This document shows positions 1 through 10,213 of a DNA stretch of 64,000 nucleotides, piece after piece (the first letter of the stretch is position 1; every line of letters begins with the position of its first letter). Origin of the DNA: Candidatus Nealsonbacteria bacterium (GTDB lineage Bacteria > Patescibacteriota > Minisyncoccia > Minisyncoccales > JANBVM01); the NCBI GenBank assembly GCA_026016225.1, contig CP061210.1, positions 258,000 through 321,999 on the forward strand, written 5' to 3'. Position numbers and translations under genes: made by a program. The notes under the pieces were generated by a model. It was not told the origin of the DNA. It ran no database searches and saw only the letters and a list, made by a program, of their open reading frames with translations.

Positions 1-1
1 A

Positions 2-82
2 GAGAGTAAAGAAAGAGGTCATGAAATGTTAGAGAAAATAACTTCTAAAATGAAGAGGCTCTTCAAAAATTTTATTCCATAA
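2..82 (+). CDS. ftsA: 3' end of probable cell division protein FtsA (partial)
   Basis: Frame 2 reads ESKERGHEMLEKITSKMKRLFKNFIP*, an amphipathic C-terminal helix like the FtsA membrane-targeting sequence, directly upstream of ftsZ. Confidence 0.6.
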   Translation, partial: ESKERGHEMLEKITSKMKRLFKNFIP

Positions 83-104
83 AATAATAAAATAACAATT
101 CAAA

Positions 105-1031
105 ATGATAAGTTCAACAAAAATTAAAGTAGTAGGAGTTGGAGGTTCAGGCGGGAACGCTATTTTAAGAATGAGAAAATTTGGGATTAAAGGTGTAGAG
201 TTAATTGCTATAAACACAGATTATCAAGATTTAAGGAAGGTTAAAGCTGATGTAAAGTTAAAGATTGGAGGAGAAATAACCCATGGGTTAGGAACCGGGA
301 TGAATCCTGAAATTGGGGAAGCAGCCGCTAAACAAAGCAGAGGAGAAATTAAAGAAGTTTTAAAAGGGGCAGATATGGTTTTTATTACAGGAGGTTTAGG
401 TGGAGGCACGGGCAGCGGTGCTGCTCCTGTTGTAGCTAAAATAGCTAAGAATTTAGGAGCTTTAACCGTTGCTATAGTCACTTTACCTTTTTCTTTTGAA
501 GGCGCTTATAGAAAAAAAATTGCCGAGAATAGCAGAGATTTGTTAAAAAGAAAAGTAGATGCCTTATTGGTAATTAAAAACGATAGACTACTTGAAATAC
601 TCGATCCTAAAATGCCCATCCTTAATGCTTTTTGGGTTTGTGATGATATTTTAAGAGAGGCGGTAAAAGGAATTTCAGACTTAATTTTACTTCCGGGAAT
701 AGTAAATGTTGGTTTTGCTGATGTAAAATCCATTCTTGAAAATTCAGGGACAGTTCTTTTTGGAATAGGTAAGAGCAGGACAGAAAAAAGAGCAGAAGAA
801 GCAGTGAGATTTGCCCTTAGTTCTCCCTTACTAGACCTTACCCCAAAAGGAGCAAAAGGAGTTTTATTTAATGTTTCCGGTGAAGATATTGCCCTTTCTG
901 AGATTGAAGAAATTGGTAAGATTATTACGGAAGAAATTAATCCAAAAGCTAGAGTAATTTTTGGTGCCGTCCAGGATGAAAAACTAAATAAAGGAGAGAT
1001 AAAAGTTACTGTTATTATCACCGGATTTTAG
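105..1031 (+). CDS. ftsZ: Cell division GTPase FtsZ (no C-terminal tail)
   Basis: IKVVGVGGSGGNA, AINTD, GGLGGGTGSG tubulin signature, PFSFEG, FADV; ends at VIITGF. Confidence 0.95.
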   Translation: MISSTKIKVVGVGGSGGNAILRMRKFGIKGVELIAINTDYQDLRKVKADVKLKIGGEITHGLGTGMNPEIGEAAAKQSRGEIKEVLKGADMVFITGGLGGGTGSGAAPVVAKIAKNLGALTVAIVTLPFSFEGAYRKKIAENSRDLLKRKVDALLVIKNDRLLEILDPKMPILNAFWVCDDILREAVKGISDLILLPGIVNVGFADVKSILENSGTVLFGIGKSRTEKRAEEAVRFALSSPLLDLTPKGAKGVLFNVSGEDIALSEIEEIGKIITEEINPKARVIFGAVQDEKLNKGEIKVTVIITGF

Positions 1032-1043
1032 TTTCTGCTGCCT

Positions 1044-1052
1044 TGTGGATAA
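1044..1052 (-). promoter_or_regulatory. DnaA-box-like 9-mer upstream of nrdD
   Basis: TGTGGATAA is the exact reverse complement of consensus TTATCCACA, about 30 bp upstream of a TTGACC..TAAAAT promoter-like sequence. Confidence 0.45.
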
Positions 1053-1119
1053 TTTCAATTTTCAACCGAATTTAATTGGGATTTGACCCAATTTTTTTGT
1101 CGGAGTAAAATAAAATATT

Positions 1120-4100
1120 ATGTCCAGAAACAAAATTACAAAAGTTCGAAAAAGGGATAAAACAATTGTAGAGTTTGACCAGAATAAAATTTCAGACGCT
1201 ATTTTTAAAGCCCTAACTGCTACCGGTCAGGGCGATGGTAAAAAATCAAAAAGATTATCCAATAAGGTAGTTCAAATTTTAAACCGAAGATTTAAAGGAG
1301 AAGAACTTCCTCATGTAGAACAGATACAAGACATCATTGAGGAAGTTTTAATTTTAGAGGGATTAGTTGATACTGCCAAAGCATTTATCTTGTATAGGGA
1401 ACAGAGGAGAAGAATAAGAGAAACAATGGTGGTAAGCGAGGAAGCAGTAGAAAGAATAGACCAATATTTAGGAAAATTGGACTGGGAGGTTCAGGAGAAT
1501 GCCAATATGTCATTTTCCCTGCAGGGACTAAATCACTATGGCGTTTCTTATATTATTAAGAGATATTGGTTAAATAAAATTTATCCCAAAGAGATTAGGG
1601 AAGCTAATGAATCCGGAGATTTTCATATTCACAATTTAGATACTTTGGGCTGCTATACTTTTTTTGGTAGGGAAGTGGTTATCGCGAAGCTAAATAACCA
1701 AATTAAATTAGTTTCATTTAAGGACCTTTATGATGAGCTTGGGCAAACAGAAGTCCTTTTAAATGAAAAAGATGAAGCCCTTGCAAAATATCCTGAAAAT
1801 CTTTATGTTTTAGATAAAGATGGATGGACAAAAGTTAAAAGATTAGTCAGGAAAAAGAAAGAAAGAGAGATGCTCTTTATTAAATCAGAACAGGGGAGAA
1901 GTATTATTGTTACTGATAATCACCCCTTTATTATTAGAAGAAATGGAAAAGAAACGGAGATTGAATCTAAGGATGTTAAAGAAAAAGAAGATTTTGTTTT
2001 TTCAGCTCATATCCCTTCTTTGGTTTCAAAAGAGAATCTTTTCTCAAAAAGATATCTATTTTTGGCTGAAGAACTTTTGAAAAACAATTATCAAAAATTC
2101 TTTTTAGAAGGTTTTGAATGGCAAGATTTTCTAAAAAACTGGAGAGGTTCCTCGAAAGTTGAAGGAACATTGAGCACCTCGAATAGTGCCAATAGTTTAG
2201 ATAATAAATTAGAACTTACAGAAGATTTAGGATATTTGGTTGGAATTTTCATTACTGAGGGACATTATGATGCTTGGAGATTGGTGATTTCTAACGATGA
2301 TGAGGAAATAATTAAAAGAATTCGAGGAATATGTGCCAGTTTGGGTGTAAGGAGTTACATGAGAGAAAATGAAGAAAGAACAAAACAGATCGCTATTTCT
2401 TCCAGCACTTTAAAACTTGTTTTCGAAAAAATCTTCAAGATAAAAGCCCTTAGTAGAAATAAAAATCTTCCTCTAGATGTTTTAAACTATAATATTGATT
2501 TTATTAAAGGATTAATTGCTGGAATTATTGATGGAGACGGAACAGTAGATCCTAAAGACAAATCTCATGCCTCTTCTCAAATTTTAATTAGGGTTGTTTC
2601 TCGGACAATGCTTGAGCAGTTAGCAATCTTGCTTCAATTCCTTGGAATTATTGGTAGGAGTGGGGCGAGTACTGAAGATATCGGGAAGAAAAACATCTTT
2701 AAAGGAAAGGAAATTATTCAAAATTACCCTCTTTATAGGTTAAGCTTTTCAAAAAAATCAGGAGTTGATTTTCCTTCTTTTAAATATCAAAAAGCAAAGA
2801 CGGCCAAGAAGCATTGGCGAGCAGAAAAATATGATTGGAATAAGGTCTTAAATAATAAATTCACCACAATTGCAGATGATACAATTTTCGATATTACTAC
2901 TGAATCTTCTACCTTTTTAGCTAATGGTCTTTTAGTTCACAATTGTATGGGGTGGGATCTTTATGACCTTTTACTGAGAGGTTTTGGCGGAGTTTCAGGT
3001 AAAGTAGAATCAAGACCGCCAAAACATTTAAGACCGGCTTTAGGTCAAGCAGTAAATTTTTTGTACACGCTTCAAGGTGAGGTAGCAGGTGCTGTTGCCT
3101 TTTCTAATTTTGATACTCTTTTGGCTCCATTTATTCGTTATGATAACTTAAACTACAAGCAGGTAAAGCAATCCCTTCAAGAATTCCTATATAATATGGC
3201 TGTTCCCACCAGGGTAGGATTTCAATGTCCTTTTTCCAATATTACTTTGGATTTAAAACCTTCCTCTGCTTTTGCCAAGCAACCTGTAATTATTGGAGGC
3301 AAACCTCAAAAAGAAACCTATGGAGAATTTGAAGAAGAGATGAGAGTTTTTAATAAAGCCTTTTATGAAGTAATGCTTGAAGGAGATAAAAGCGGAAGAC
3401 CTTTTCATTTTCCCATTCCTACCATAAATATTACTAAAGATTTTCCTTGGGATGACCCAGTCTTTGATTCGGTTTTTGAAGCTTCAGCAAAGTATGGAAC
3501 TAATTATTTTGCAAACTATATTAATTCTGAAATGAAGCCGGAAGATGTTAGAAGCATGTGTTGTCGGCTTAGATTGAACTTAAAAGAGCTTCACAATCGA
3601 GGTGGCGGAGGATTGTTTGGCGCTGGGGCATTAACTGGTTCAATCGGCGTAGTAACGATTAATCTTTCCAGAATAGGTTATTTATCAAAAACAAAAAGGG
3701 AATTCTTTAAAAGATTAGGAAAACTAATGGATTTCGCAAAAGAAAGCTTAGAAATGAAAAGAAAGATTTTGGAGAATTTTATAGAAAAGGGTCTATATCC
3801 TTATTCAAAGTATTATTTGGGAAGCGTCAAGAAAATGAGAGATAACTATTATGGGAGTCACTTTTCAACCATAGGTTTAATTGGAATGAATGAAGCTCTT
3901 CTAAATTTCATTGGCGAGAATATTGCTTCAAGAAGAGGAAAAAGATTTGCTTTGGAAATAATGGATTTTATGAGGGAAAGATTGGTGAAATATCAAAAAG
4001 AAACTGACAATATTTATAACCTAGAACAAACTCCAGCTGAATCAACAGCTTACCGTCTGGCCTTGAAAGATAGAGAAAAATATCCAGATATAATTACGGC

Positions 4101-4557
4101 TGGAACAAAAAAAGTGCCTTATTACACTAATTCAAGCCAACTGCCTGTTAATTACACTACAGATGCTTTTGAGGCTTTGAAACTTCAAGACAAATTACAA
4201 TGTAAATATACAGGAGGTAGTGTTCTCCACCTGTTTTTAGGAGAACGTATCTCTGATATTCAAACTGTTAAAAATTTAATTAAGAAAGTTTTTGAGAAAT
4301 TCCATTTACCATATATTACCTTAACACCTACTTTTTCTATCTGTCCGGTCCATGGTTATTTATCTGGAGAACACTTTGAGTGTCCAAAATGCACAATTAA
4401 GCAGCCCTGTGAGGTTTACTCAAGGATAGTTGGATATCTTAGGCCCGTTTCACAATGGAATGAGGGCAAAGCACAAGAATTTAAAGAAAGAAAGGAATTC
4501 AAGATTAAGGAATTGGAGCCTAAGATTAAAACAAATAATCTAAAACTAAAAATTTAG
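1120..4557 (+). CDS. nrdD: Anaerobic (class III) ribonucleoside-triphosphate reductase with N-terminal ATP cone, containing an intein
   Basis: ATP cone (VRKRD...VEQIQDIIEEVL), HIHNL, SMCCRL, TPAEST, YYTNSS, YTGG, CPVHG/CPKC zinc site and YSRIVGYL glycyl-radical motif. Confidence 0.95.
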   Translation: MSRNKITKVRKRDKTIVEFDQNKISDAIFKALTATGQGDGKKSKRLSNKVVQILNRRFKGEELPHVEQIQDIIEEVLILEGLVDTAKAFILYREQRRRIRETMVVSEEAVERIDQYLGKLDWEVQENANMSFSLQGLNHYGVSYIIKRYWLNKIYPKEIREANESGDFHIHNLDTLGCYTFFGREVVIAKLNNQIKLVSFKDLYDELGQTEVLLNEKDEALAKYPENLYVLDKDGWTKVKRLVRKKKEREMLFIKSEQGRSIIVTDNHPFIIRRNGKETEIESKDVKEKEDFVFSAHIPSLVSKENLFSKRYLFLAEELLKNNYQKFFLEGFEWQDFLKNWRGSSKVEGTLSTSNSANSLDNKLELTEDLGYLVGIFITEGHYDAWRLVISNDDEEIIKRIRGICASLGVRSYMRENEERTKQIAISSSTLKLVFEKIFKIKALSRNKNLPLDVLNYNIDFIKGLIAGIIDGDGTVDPKDKSHASSQILIRVVSRTMLEQLAILLQFLGIIGRSGASTEDIGKKNIFKGKEIIQNYPLYRLSFSKKSGVDFPSFKYQKAKTAKKHWRAEKYDWNKVLNNKFTTIADDTIFDITTESSTFLANGLLVHNCMGWDLYDLLLRGFGGVSGKVESRPPKHLRPALGQAVNFLYTLQGEVAGAVAFSNFDTLLAPFIRYDNLNYKQVKQSLQEFLYNMAVPTRVGFQCPFSNITLDLKPSSAFAKQPVIIGGKPQKETYGEFEEEMRVFNKAFYEVMLEGDKSGRPFHFPIPTINITKDFPWDDPVFDSVFEASAKYGTNYFANYINSEMKPEDVRSMCCRLRLNLKELHNRGGGGLFGAGALTGSIGVVTINLSRIGYLSKTKREFFKRLGKLMDFAKESLEMKRKILENFIEKGLYPYSKYYLGSVKKMRDNYYGSHFSTIGLIGMNEALLNFIGENIASRRGKRFALEIMDFMRERLVKYQKETDNIYNLEQTPAESTAYRLALKDREKYPDIITAGTKKVPYYTNSSQLPVNYTTDAFEALKLQDKLQCKYTGGSVLHLFLGERISDIQTVKNLIKKVFEKFHLPYITLTPTFSICPVHGYLSGEHFECPKCTIKQPCEVYSRIVGYLRPVSQWNEGKAQEFKERKEFKIKELEPKIKTNNLKLKI
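1657..2943 (+). mobile_element. Intein (about 429 aa) with LAGLIDADG homing endonuclease inside nrdD
   Basis: Block B (VTDNHPF), two LAGLIDADG-like motifs (LVGIFITEG, IAGIIDGDG), C-terminal IFDITTESSTFLANGLLVHN followed by Cys; removal restores HIHNLDTLGCY-CMGWDL. Confidence 0.9.
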
Positions 4558-4589
4558 GTTTCGAATTTAGTATTTAGTATTTAGGATTT

Positions 4590-5300
4590 ATGCAAATTGG
4601 TGGTCTCCAAAAATTGACTCTTATTGACTTTCCTGGCTGCTTAGCGGCCACTGTTTTTCTTACAGGATGTGATTTTCGATGTCCATTTTGTTATTCAGCA
4701 GAGCTTGTTTTACCTCAAAAAATCAAAAGTCAACCCAAGATTTTACAAAAAGAACTTTTTAATTTTTTAAAAGATAGAAAAGGACTATTAGAGGGAGTTG
4801 TAATTTGTGGGGGAGAACCGACTATAAACAGAAATTTAGCTCAATTTATAAAAAAAATTAAAGACTTAGGATACTTAGTAAAACTTGATACTAATGGTTC
4901 AAATCCGGTAATGTTAAAAACTTTAATTGGTAAAAAACTGATAGATTACGTAGCAATGGATGTTAAAGCTCCAAAGGAAAAATATAAAGAAGTTGTTGGA
5001 TTGTTGGGGTGTTGGACCGATAAAATATTAAGAAATATTGAAAAAAGCATTAATATTTTAAAAGAGTCAAAGATTGATTTTGAGTTCAGGACCACCGTGA
5101 TTCCCAATCTATTAAAAAAAGAAGATATTCTTAAAATCGCTCATTGGATAAAACCGGCTCCAAAATATTTTTTGCAAAACTTCAAACCGGAAAAAACAAT
5201 TGACCCAAAATTTGAAAAAATAAAACCATATCCTCAGGAATATCTTTTAGAAATTCAAAAAGCAATTTCTCCGTTTTTTGACATTTGCCAGATAAGATAA
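4590..5300 (+). CDS. nrdG: Anaerobic ribonucleotide reductase activating radical SAM protein
   Basis: CDFRCPFC CxxxCxxC motif, GGEP, KLDTNG, adjacent to nrdD. Confidence 0.92.
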   Translation: MQIGGLQKLTLIDFPGCLAATVFLTGCDFRCPFCYSAELVLPQKIKSQPKILQKELFNFLKDRKGLLEGVVICGGEPTINRNLAQFIKKIKDLGYLVKLDTNGSNPVMLKTLIGKKLIDYVAMDVKAPKEKYKEVVGLLGCWTDKILRNIEKSINILKESKIDFEFRTTVIPNLLKKEDILKIAHWIKPAPKYFLQNFKPEKTIDPKFEKIKPYPQEYLLEIQKAISPFFDICQIR

Positions 5301-5309
5301 TTTCTTAAA

Positions 5310-6779
5310 ATGACAAAGTCTAAAATTCTTCTTTTTTTCTGTCTTTCCTTTATTGGAGGGATTTTTTTGAATTCGTTTATTTTTATTTCCCAGATTTACT
5401 TTCTGGGACTTTTGATTTTGGGACTTTTTTTGATTCCTTTTTTATTATTTTTTAAAAAAAAAGGACTGATGCTAATTGTTCTTTGCTTATTGTTTTTTAT
5501 TTTAGGAGCTTGGCGTCATCAAGCATTTAGCTTAAAAGCCAAGAATAATGAATTTAAAAATTATATTGAAAAAAAAGAAATTCTTACTTTAACAGGTATT
5601 ATTGATAGCCAGCCATCTTTGGGAGAAAAGACTACAAAACTAAGATTTCAGCCCCAAAACGTTACGGGTAAAGTTTTAATAACAAAATGGAGATACCCAA
5701 AATATAAATATGGAGACAAAGTAAAAATCACAGGAATATTAGAAGAGCCGCAGGTTTTTGAGACTTTTAATTACAAAGAATATTTAGCAAAAGATGGAAT
5801 CTATGCTGTGATGTATTTTCCAAAGATAGAATTGATTGGGGAAGATTTTGGTAATCCAGTAATGAAAACAATCTTTTCTTTGAAAGATAAACTAAAAGAA
5901 AGTGTGAATAAAACAATACCTTCACCTCAAGCTGGACTTTTGGAAGCCTTACTTTTTGGTGATGAAGAAAATATCCCAGAGCATTGGAAAGAAAAATTTA
6001 ATCTTACCGGCACCAGACATATTGCAGCTGTTTCAGGTATGAATATTACTATTATCTCTTCTTTGATTTTAGGATTTTTATTGTTCTTAGGACTTTGGCG
6101 GAATCAGGCATTTTATCTTTCAATAGTTTTAATTTTACTTTATGTTTTATCCATTGGAGCCCCAGCTTCAGCAATTAGAGCAGCTATTATGGGTATTCTT
6201 TTTCTAACAGCCCAGCATTTTGGCAGAGTTTCCAGCGGTCAAAGAATAATTGTTTTTTCAGCAGCTGTAATGTTGTTTTTCAATCCTTTGCTTTTAAAAT
6301 CAGATATTGGGTTCCAGTTATCATTTTTAGCAATATTGGGATTAATTTATTTGCAATCCGTATTTTTAGGTTTTTTTAAAAAAATTCCCAACTTTTTTCA
6401 GTTGAGATATTCTTTAGCTTCTACTTTTTCTGCCCAATTCTTTACCCTTCCTGTTTTAATTTATAATTTTGGTCAGATTCCATTAATAGGTCCCTTATCC
6501 AATATTTTTATTATTCCTCTTTTACCTTTAATTACTATTTTAGGATTTATCATTGCTTTTTTAGGAGGATTCTTTACTCTCCTAGCCAAAGCTATTTCTT
6601 TTTTAGTTTGGCCTCTTTTAACTTATATATTAAAGGTAGTTGAATTTTCTTCAAAGATTCCTTATGCTAGCTTAACTTTTAAAAATGTTTCTTTTATCTG
6701 GCTTTTGGTTTCCTATTTAATTTTAGGTTTTATAACTTGGCGATTACAAGAAAGAAGAAAATTGAAGTTTTTGCAATAG
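5310..6779 (+). CDS. comEC: ComEC/Rec2 competence membrane protein (no beta-lactamase domain)
   Basis: Multi-pass membrane protein with HIAAVSGMN, SAIRAAIM and GFQLSF motifs. Confidence 0.92.
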   Translation: MTKSKILLFFCLSFIGGIFLNSFIFISQIYFLGLLILGLFLIPFLLFFKKKGLMLIVLCLLFFILGAWRHQAFSLKAKNNEFKNYIEKKEILTLTGIIDSQPSLGEKTTKLRFQPQNVTGKVLITKWRYPKYKYGDKVKITGILEEPQVFETFNYKEYLAKDGIYAVMYFPKIELIGEDFGNPVMKTIFSLKDKLKESVNKTIPSPQAGLLEALLFGDEENIPEHWKEKFNLTGTRHIAAVSGMNITIISSLILGFLLFLGLWRNQAFYLSIVLILLYVLSIGAPASAIRAAIMGILFLTAQHFGRVSSGQRIIVFSAAVMLFFNPLLLKSDIGFQLSFLAILGLIYLQSVFLGFFKKIPNFFQLRYSLASTFSAQFFTLPVLIYNFGQIPLIGPLSNIFIIPLLPLITILGFIIAFLGGFFTLLAKAISFLVWPLLTYILKVVEFSSKIPYASLTFKNVSFIWLLVSYLILGFITWRLQERRKLKFLQ

Positions 6780-6981
6780 GTGTTTGACTTATTACCATTA
6801 TCCTTTAGCAACTGAATTGAAGCAAAAAAAAACAGAATTTGGACAAAAATAAAGAGCCTGAATTAAAAAAGGCTCCTAAACTTGTCATCAAGACTATTAT
6901 TAAGTTTTTAACGAGCTAAAGTATTAATTTAAAAAAATAAAAAAAAGATGTTATTAATTCTTTTTTATTGAGATATTATTC

Positions 6982-7089
6982 TCAATCCTTTCTTTTCCGT
7001 TTCTTCTTCCTTTCTTCTTCTTTTTCAGGTTGCCCCTTTCTAATTTCAAAAAAGTCTTTAATATATTTTTCTTTACGCCAATTTGACAA
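6982..7089 (-). CDS. Possible 35-aa basic micro-protein
   Basis: TTG start preceded by AAGGTG; MSNWRKEKYIKDFFEIRKGQPEKEEERKKKRKRKD*; lies in an otherwise empty 440-bp gap. Confidence 0.25.
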   Translation of the reverse strand: MSNWRKEKYIKDFFEIRKGQPEKEEERKKKRKRKD

Positions 7090-7260
7090 CTTTTATCTTT
7101 CACCTTTTTAATTTAATAATATTCTTTGTATTATAAGACGGAGAATCTGTCAATACCATTACACATTCAAAGTGAATTTGAAAACCGTAAATTAATTTTT
7201 GAAAACTGACTAAATAAAAATTAAGTGATAAATTTATGGAATTTTGGTAAAATGGTTTAT

Positions 7261-8553
7261 ATGAAGGAATCTATCGGTCAGAAAACATGGGTTATATCTG
7301 TTAATATGGGCTATGGTCATCAGAGAACAGCTTATCCCTTAAAGAAATTAGCTTTTAAAGGAAAAATTATCCATGCTAATAGTTATCAGGGAATTCCAAA
7401 AAGAGACAGGGTGCTTTGGGAACAATCAAGGAAATTCTATGAATTTATTTCAAATTTTAAAAGGGTTCCCTTAATTGGTGAGTTTTCTTTTTCTGTTTAT
7501 GACAGATTTCAAAAGATTCTTAGTTTTTATCCAAAAAGAGATTTATCTAAACCAAATTTTTCTTTAAAGAGATTTTATTCTCTATTTAAAAAGGGTTGGG
7601 GCAAAGACTTAATTGAGAAATTAAAGAAAGAATCTATACCTTTGATTTCTACCTTTTTTATCCCTGCTTTTATGGCAGAGTTTTTTAATTATCCAGGAGA
7701 AATTTTTTGCGTTGTCTGCGATGCAGATATTGCCAGACCCTGGGCGCCTCTGGAACCCTTTTCGAGCAAAATTAAATATTTTGCTCCTACAGAAAGAGTA
7801 GTAGAAAGATTAAAACTGTATGGTGTAAAAAAAGAAAACATTTTTCTGACAGGTTATCCTTTACCTTTAGAAAATATCGGTTCTGAAAATTTAGAGATAT
7901 TAAAACACGACTTAGCTGAACGCCTTTTGATTCTTGACCCTCAAAGAAAGTATTTCCAAAGATACCAGCCATTGATTAAGAGATATTTGGGTAAGCTACC
8001 AAAAAAGCCAGGTCGTCTCTTAACAATCATGTTTGCTATAGGAGGTGCAGGAGCTCAAAAAGAAATTGGATTTAAAATCCTAAAGAGCTTGCGAGAAAAA
8101 ATAAGAACTAAAAAAGTTAAAATAATTTTAGTAGCCGGAATTAGGAAATGGATAAAAAATTATTTTCTAAAACATATAAAAGATTTAGATTTAGAAGGTG
8201 TTTTTGGTGATAATATTGAGATAATTTTTAACAAAAACATAGAAGGCTATTTTAAAGACTTTAACTTAGCACTGAGAAAAACAGATATTTTATGGACAAA
8301 GCCAAGTGAATTGTCTTTTTATACTGCTTTAGGTTTACCGATTATTATCGCCCCTTCAATTGGTTCTCAAGAAGATTTTAATCGTGAATGGCTTTTAAGA
8401 TTAGGTTCTGCCATTTTAGAGCGAAATCCAAACTATACTGACGAATGGCTTTTTGATTTGTTAAAAAGTGGGTGGTTTGCAGAAGCTGCAATGCAAGGAT
8501 TTATTGAAGGAGAGAAAAGAGGAGTTTTTAATATTAAGAAAATAATTTCTTGA
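7261..8553 (+). CDS. GT-B fold glycosyltransferase-like protein (MGDG synthase/MurG-like)
   Basis: MGYGHQR N-terminal motif, TKPSE and GSQE C-terminal motifs; ATG at 7261 preferred over the upstream GTG. Confidence 0.6.
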   Translation: MKESIGQKTWVISVNMGYGHQRTAYPLKKLAFKGKIIHANSYQGIPKRDRVLWEQSRKFYEFISNFKRVPLIGEFSFSVYDRFQKILSFYPKRDLSKPNFSLKRFYSLFKKGWGKDLIEKLKKESIPLISTFFIPAFMAEFFNYPGEIFCVVCDADIARPWAPLEPFSSKIKYFAPTERVVERLKLYGVKKENIFLTGYPLPLENIGSENLEILKHDLAERLLILDPQRKYFQRYQPLIKRYLGKLPKKPGRLLTIMFAIGGAGAQKEIGFKILKSLREKIRTKKVKIILVAGIRKWIKNYFLKHIKDLDLEGVFGDNIEIIFNKNIEGYFKDFNLALRKTDILWTKPSELSFYTALGLPIIIAPSIGSQEDFNREWLLRLGSAILERNPNYTDEWLFDLLKSGWFAEAAMQGFIEGEKRGVFNIKKIIS

Positions 8554-8570
8554 CATTAAACTGTTCAAAA

Positions 8571-9563
8571 ATGAAGCGCAAGACGATTTTATTTTACATA
8601 TTAATTGTTTTTTTAATCATTATTATTGGTTACTTTTTTATTGGCACAGCACCAAAAGCAAAAAATATTACCTTTGGAGTAAATTTTTCACAAAAACATG
8701 CTCAAGATTTGGGATTAGAATGGAAGGAAAATTACTTAGCTTTATTAGATAATTTAAAAGTCAGAGACATAAAACTGATTAGCCATTGGGATTTGATTGA
8801 AAGAGAAAAAGACAAATTTTATTTTGATGATTTGGATTGGCAGATTAAAGAAGCAGAAAAAAGGGATGCCAATATTATCTTGGTTATTGGTATGAAAACA
8901 GGCCGTTGGCCGGAATGCCATATTCCAGAATGGGCAAAAAAATTAAACAAAAAAGAACAGCAAGAAAGAATATTAAAATTAATTAAAGAAATTATTTTAA
9001 GATATCAAGACTCTACGGCTATTTGGGCTTGGCAGGTAGAAAACGAGCCTCTTTTTCCTTTTGGTGAATGTCCCTGGACAGATAGAGAATTTTTAGAAAG
9101 AGAAATAAGATTAGTAAAATCTATCAATTTTCAAAAAAAACTGCTAATTTTAACCGATAGTGGAGAAGGCTCTTTTTGGATTACATCTGCCAGGCTTGGA
9201 GATATAATGGGAATAACAATGTATAAGAAAGTCTGGGTTAGTCAATTAAAAATTTATGTCTATTACCCATTACCGCCTGTTTTTTATTGGAGGAAAGCTG
9301 TTTTAATTAAAAAAATATTCAATAAAAAGGTTATAGTAACAGAACTTCAGGCTGAACCCTGGGGACCAAAATTGCTTTATGATACCTCGCCAGAGGAGCA
9401 AGAAAAAACAATGAATTTAGATAGATTTAAATACAATATTAATTTTGCTAAAGAAACTGGTTTTGATAAGTTTTATCTCTGGGGCGCTGAATGGTGGTAT
9501 TGGTTAAAAGAAAAACAAGATAAACCTGAGATTTGGTTAGAGGCTAAAGGATTGTTCAAGTAA
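8571..9563 (+). CDS. Membrane-anchored glycoside hydrolase, GH-A clan TIM barrel
   Basis: N-terminal TM helix, WQVENEP acid/base motif, VTELQAEPW nucleophile region. Confidence 0.65.
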   Translation: MKRKTILFYILIVFLIIIIGYFFIGTAPKAKNITFGVNFSQKHAQDLGLEWKENYLALLDNLKVRDIKLISHWDLIEREKDKFYFDDLDWQIKEAEKRDANIILVIGMKTGRWPECHIPEWAKKLNKKEQQERILKLIKEIILRYQDSTAIWAWQVENEPLFPFGECPWTDREFLEREIRLVKSINFQKKLLILTDSGEGSFWITSARLGDIMGITMYKKVWVSQLKIYVYYPLPPVFYWRKAVLIKKIFNKKVIVTELQAEPWGPKLLYDTSPEEQEKTMNLDRFKYNINFAKETGFDKFYLWGAEWWYWLKEKQDKPEIWLEAKGLFK

Positions 9564-9565
9564 TT

Positions 9566-10138
9566 ATGCAAAAATTAGTTGAGAATATTATTAAAAAAAG
9601 GACAGAAAAAATAGTTGATTATTTTGAGAATTTCATTAATCAAGGAGAAAAAGTTTTAGATATTGGAGCAGGTGGCGGTTGGATTGCAAAAGAAATCAAA
9701 AAAAGAAAAAACGTTAATATTACTCTTTTAGATATAACTGATTTTAATCGGACCTCCTTAAAACTTGTTCTTTATGATGGGAAAAAAATACCCTTTCCAG
9801 ATAACAATTTCGATATTTCGCTTTTAATTTTTACCCTTCATCATTGTTCTGAGCCATTAAAGATTTTAGAAGAAGCAAAAAGAGTTACCAGACAGAAGCT
9901 ATTTGTTATTGAGGATATTCCTACCTCTTGGCTTAATAAGGTTTTTCTCTATATCTGGGATATTATTACTAATTTACCGAGTTTAGTGAAACCGCCCGGG
10001 GAAAATATTTTTTTTAATTTTAAGACAATTCCTGAGTGGCAGAAGATATTCAAAGATTTTCAATTAAAACTAATTTCTCAGAAGATGTTTCAATCAAATA
10101 AATTAATTCACCACGGATTATTTGTAGTTCGGAAATAA
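9566..10138 (+). CDS. Class I SAM-dependent methyltransferase
   Basis: VLDIGAGGG motif I, PFPDNNFD, LHH. Confidence 0.85.
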   Translation: MQKLVENIIKKRTEKIVDYFENFINQGEKVLDIGAGGGWIAKEIKKRKNVNITLLDITDFNRTSLKLVLYDGKKIPFPDNNFDISLLIFTLHHCSEPLKILEEAKRVTRQKLFVIEDIPTSWLNKVFLYIWDIITNLPSLVKPPGENIFFNFKTIPEWQKIFKDFQLKLISQKMFQSNKLIHHGLFVVRK

Positions 10139-10213
10139 TTAAATCTTTGTCCTTAATATTTTCAGATATAGTTCTCCTTTTATTTTTTTAGAAAAAATGA
10201 TTAAATTAAAAAT

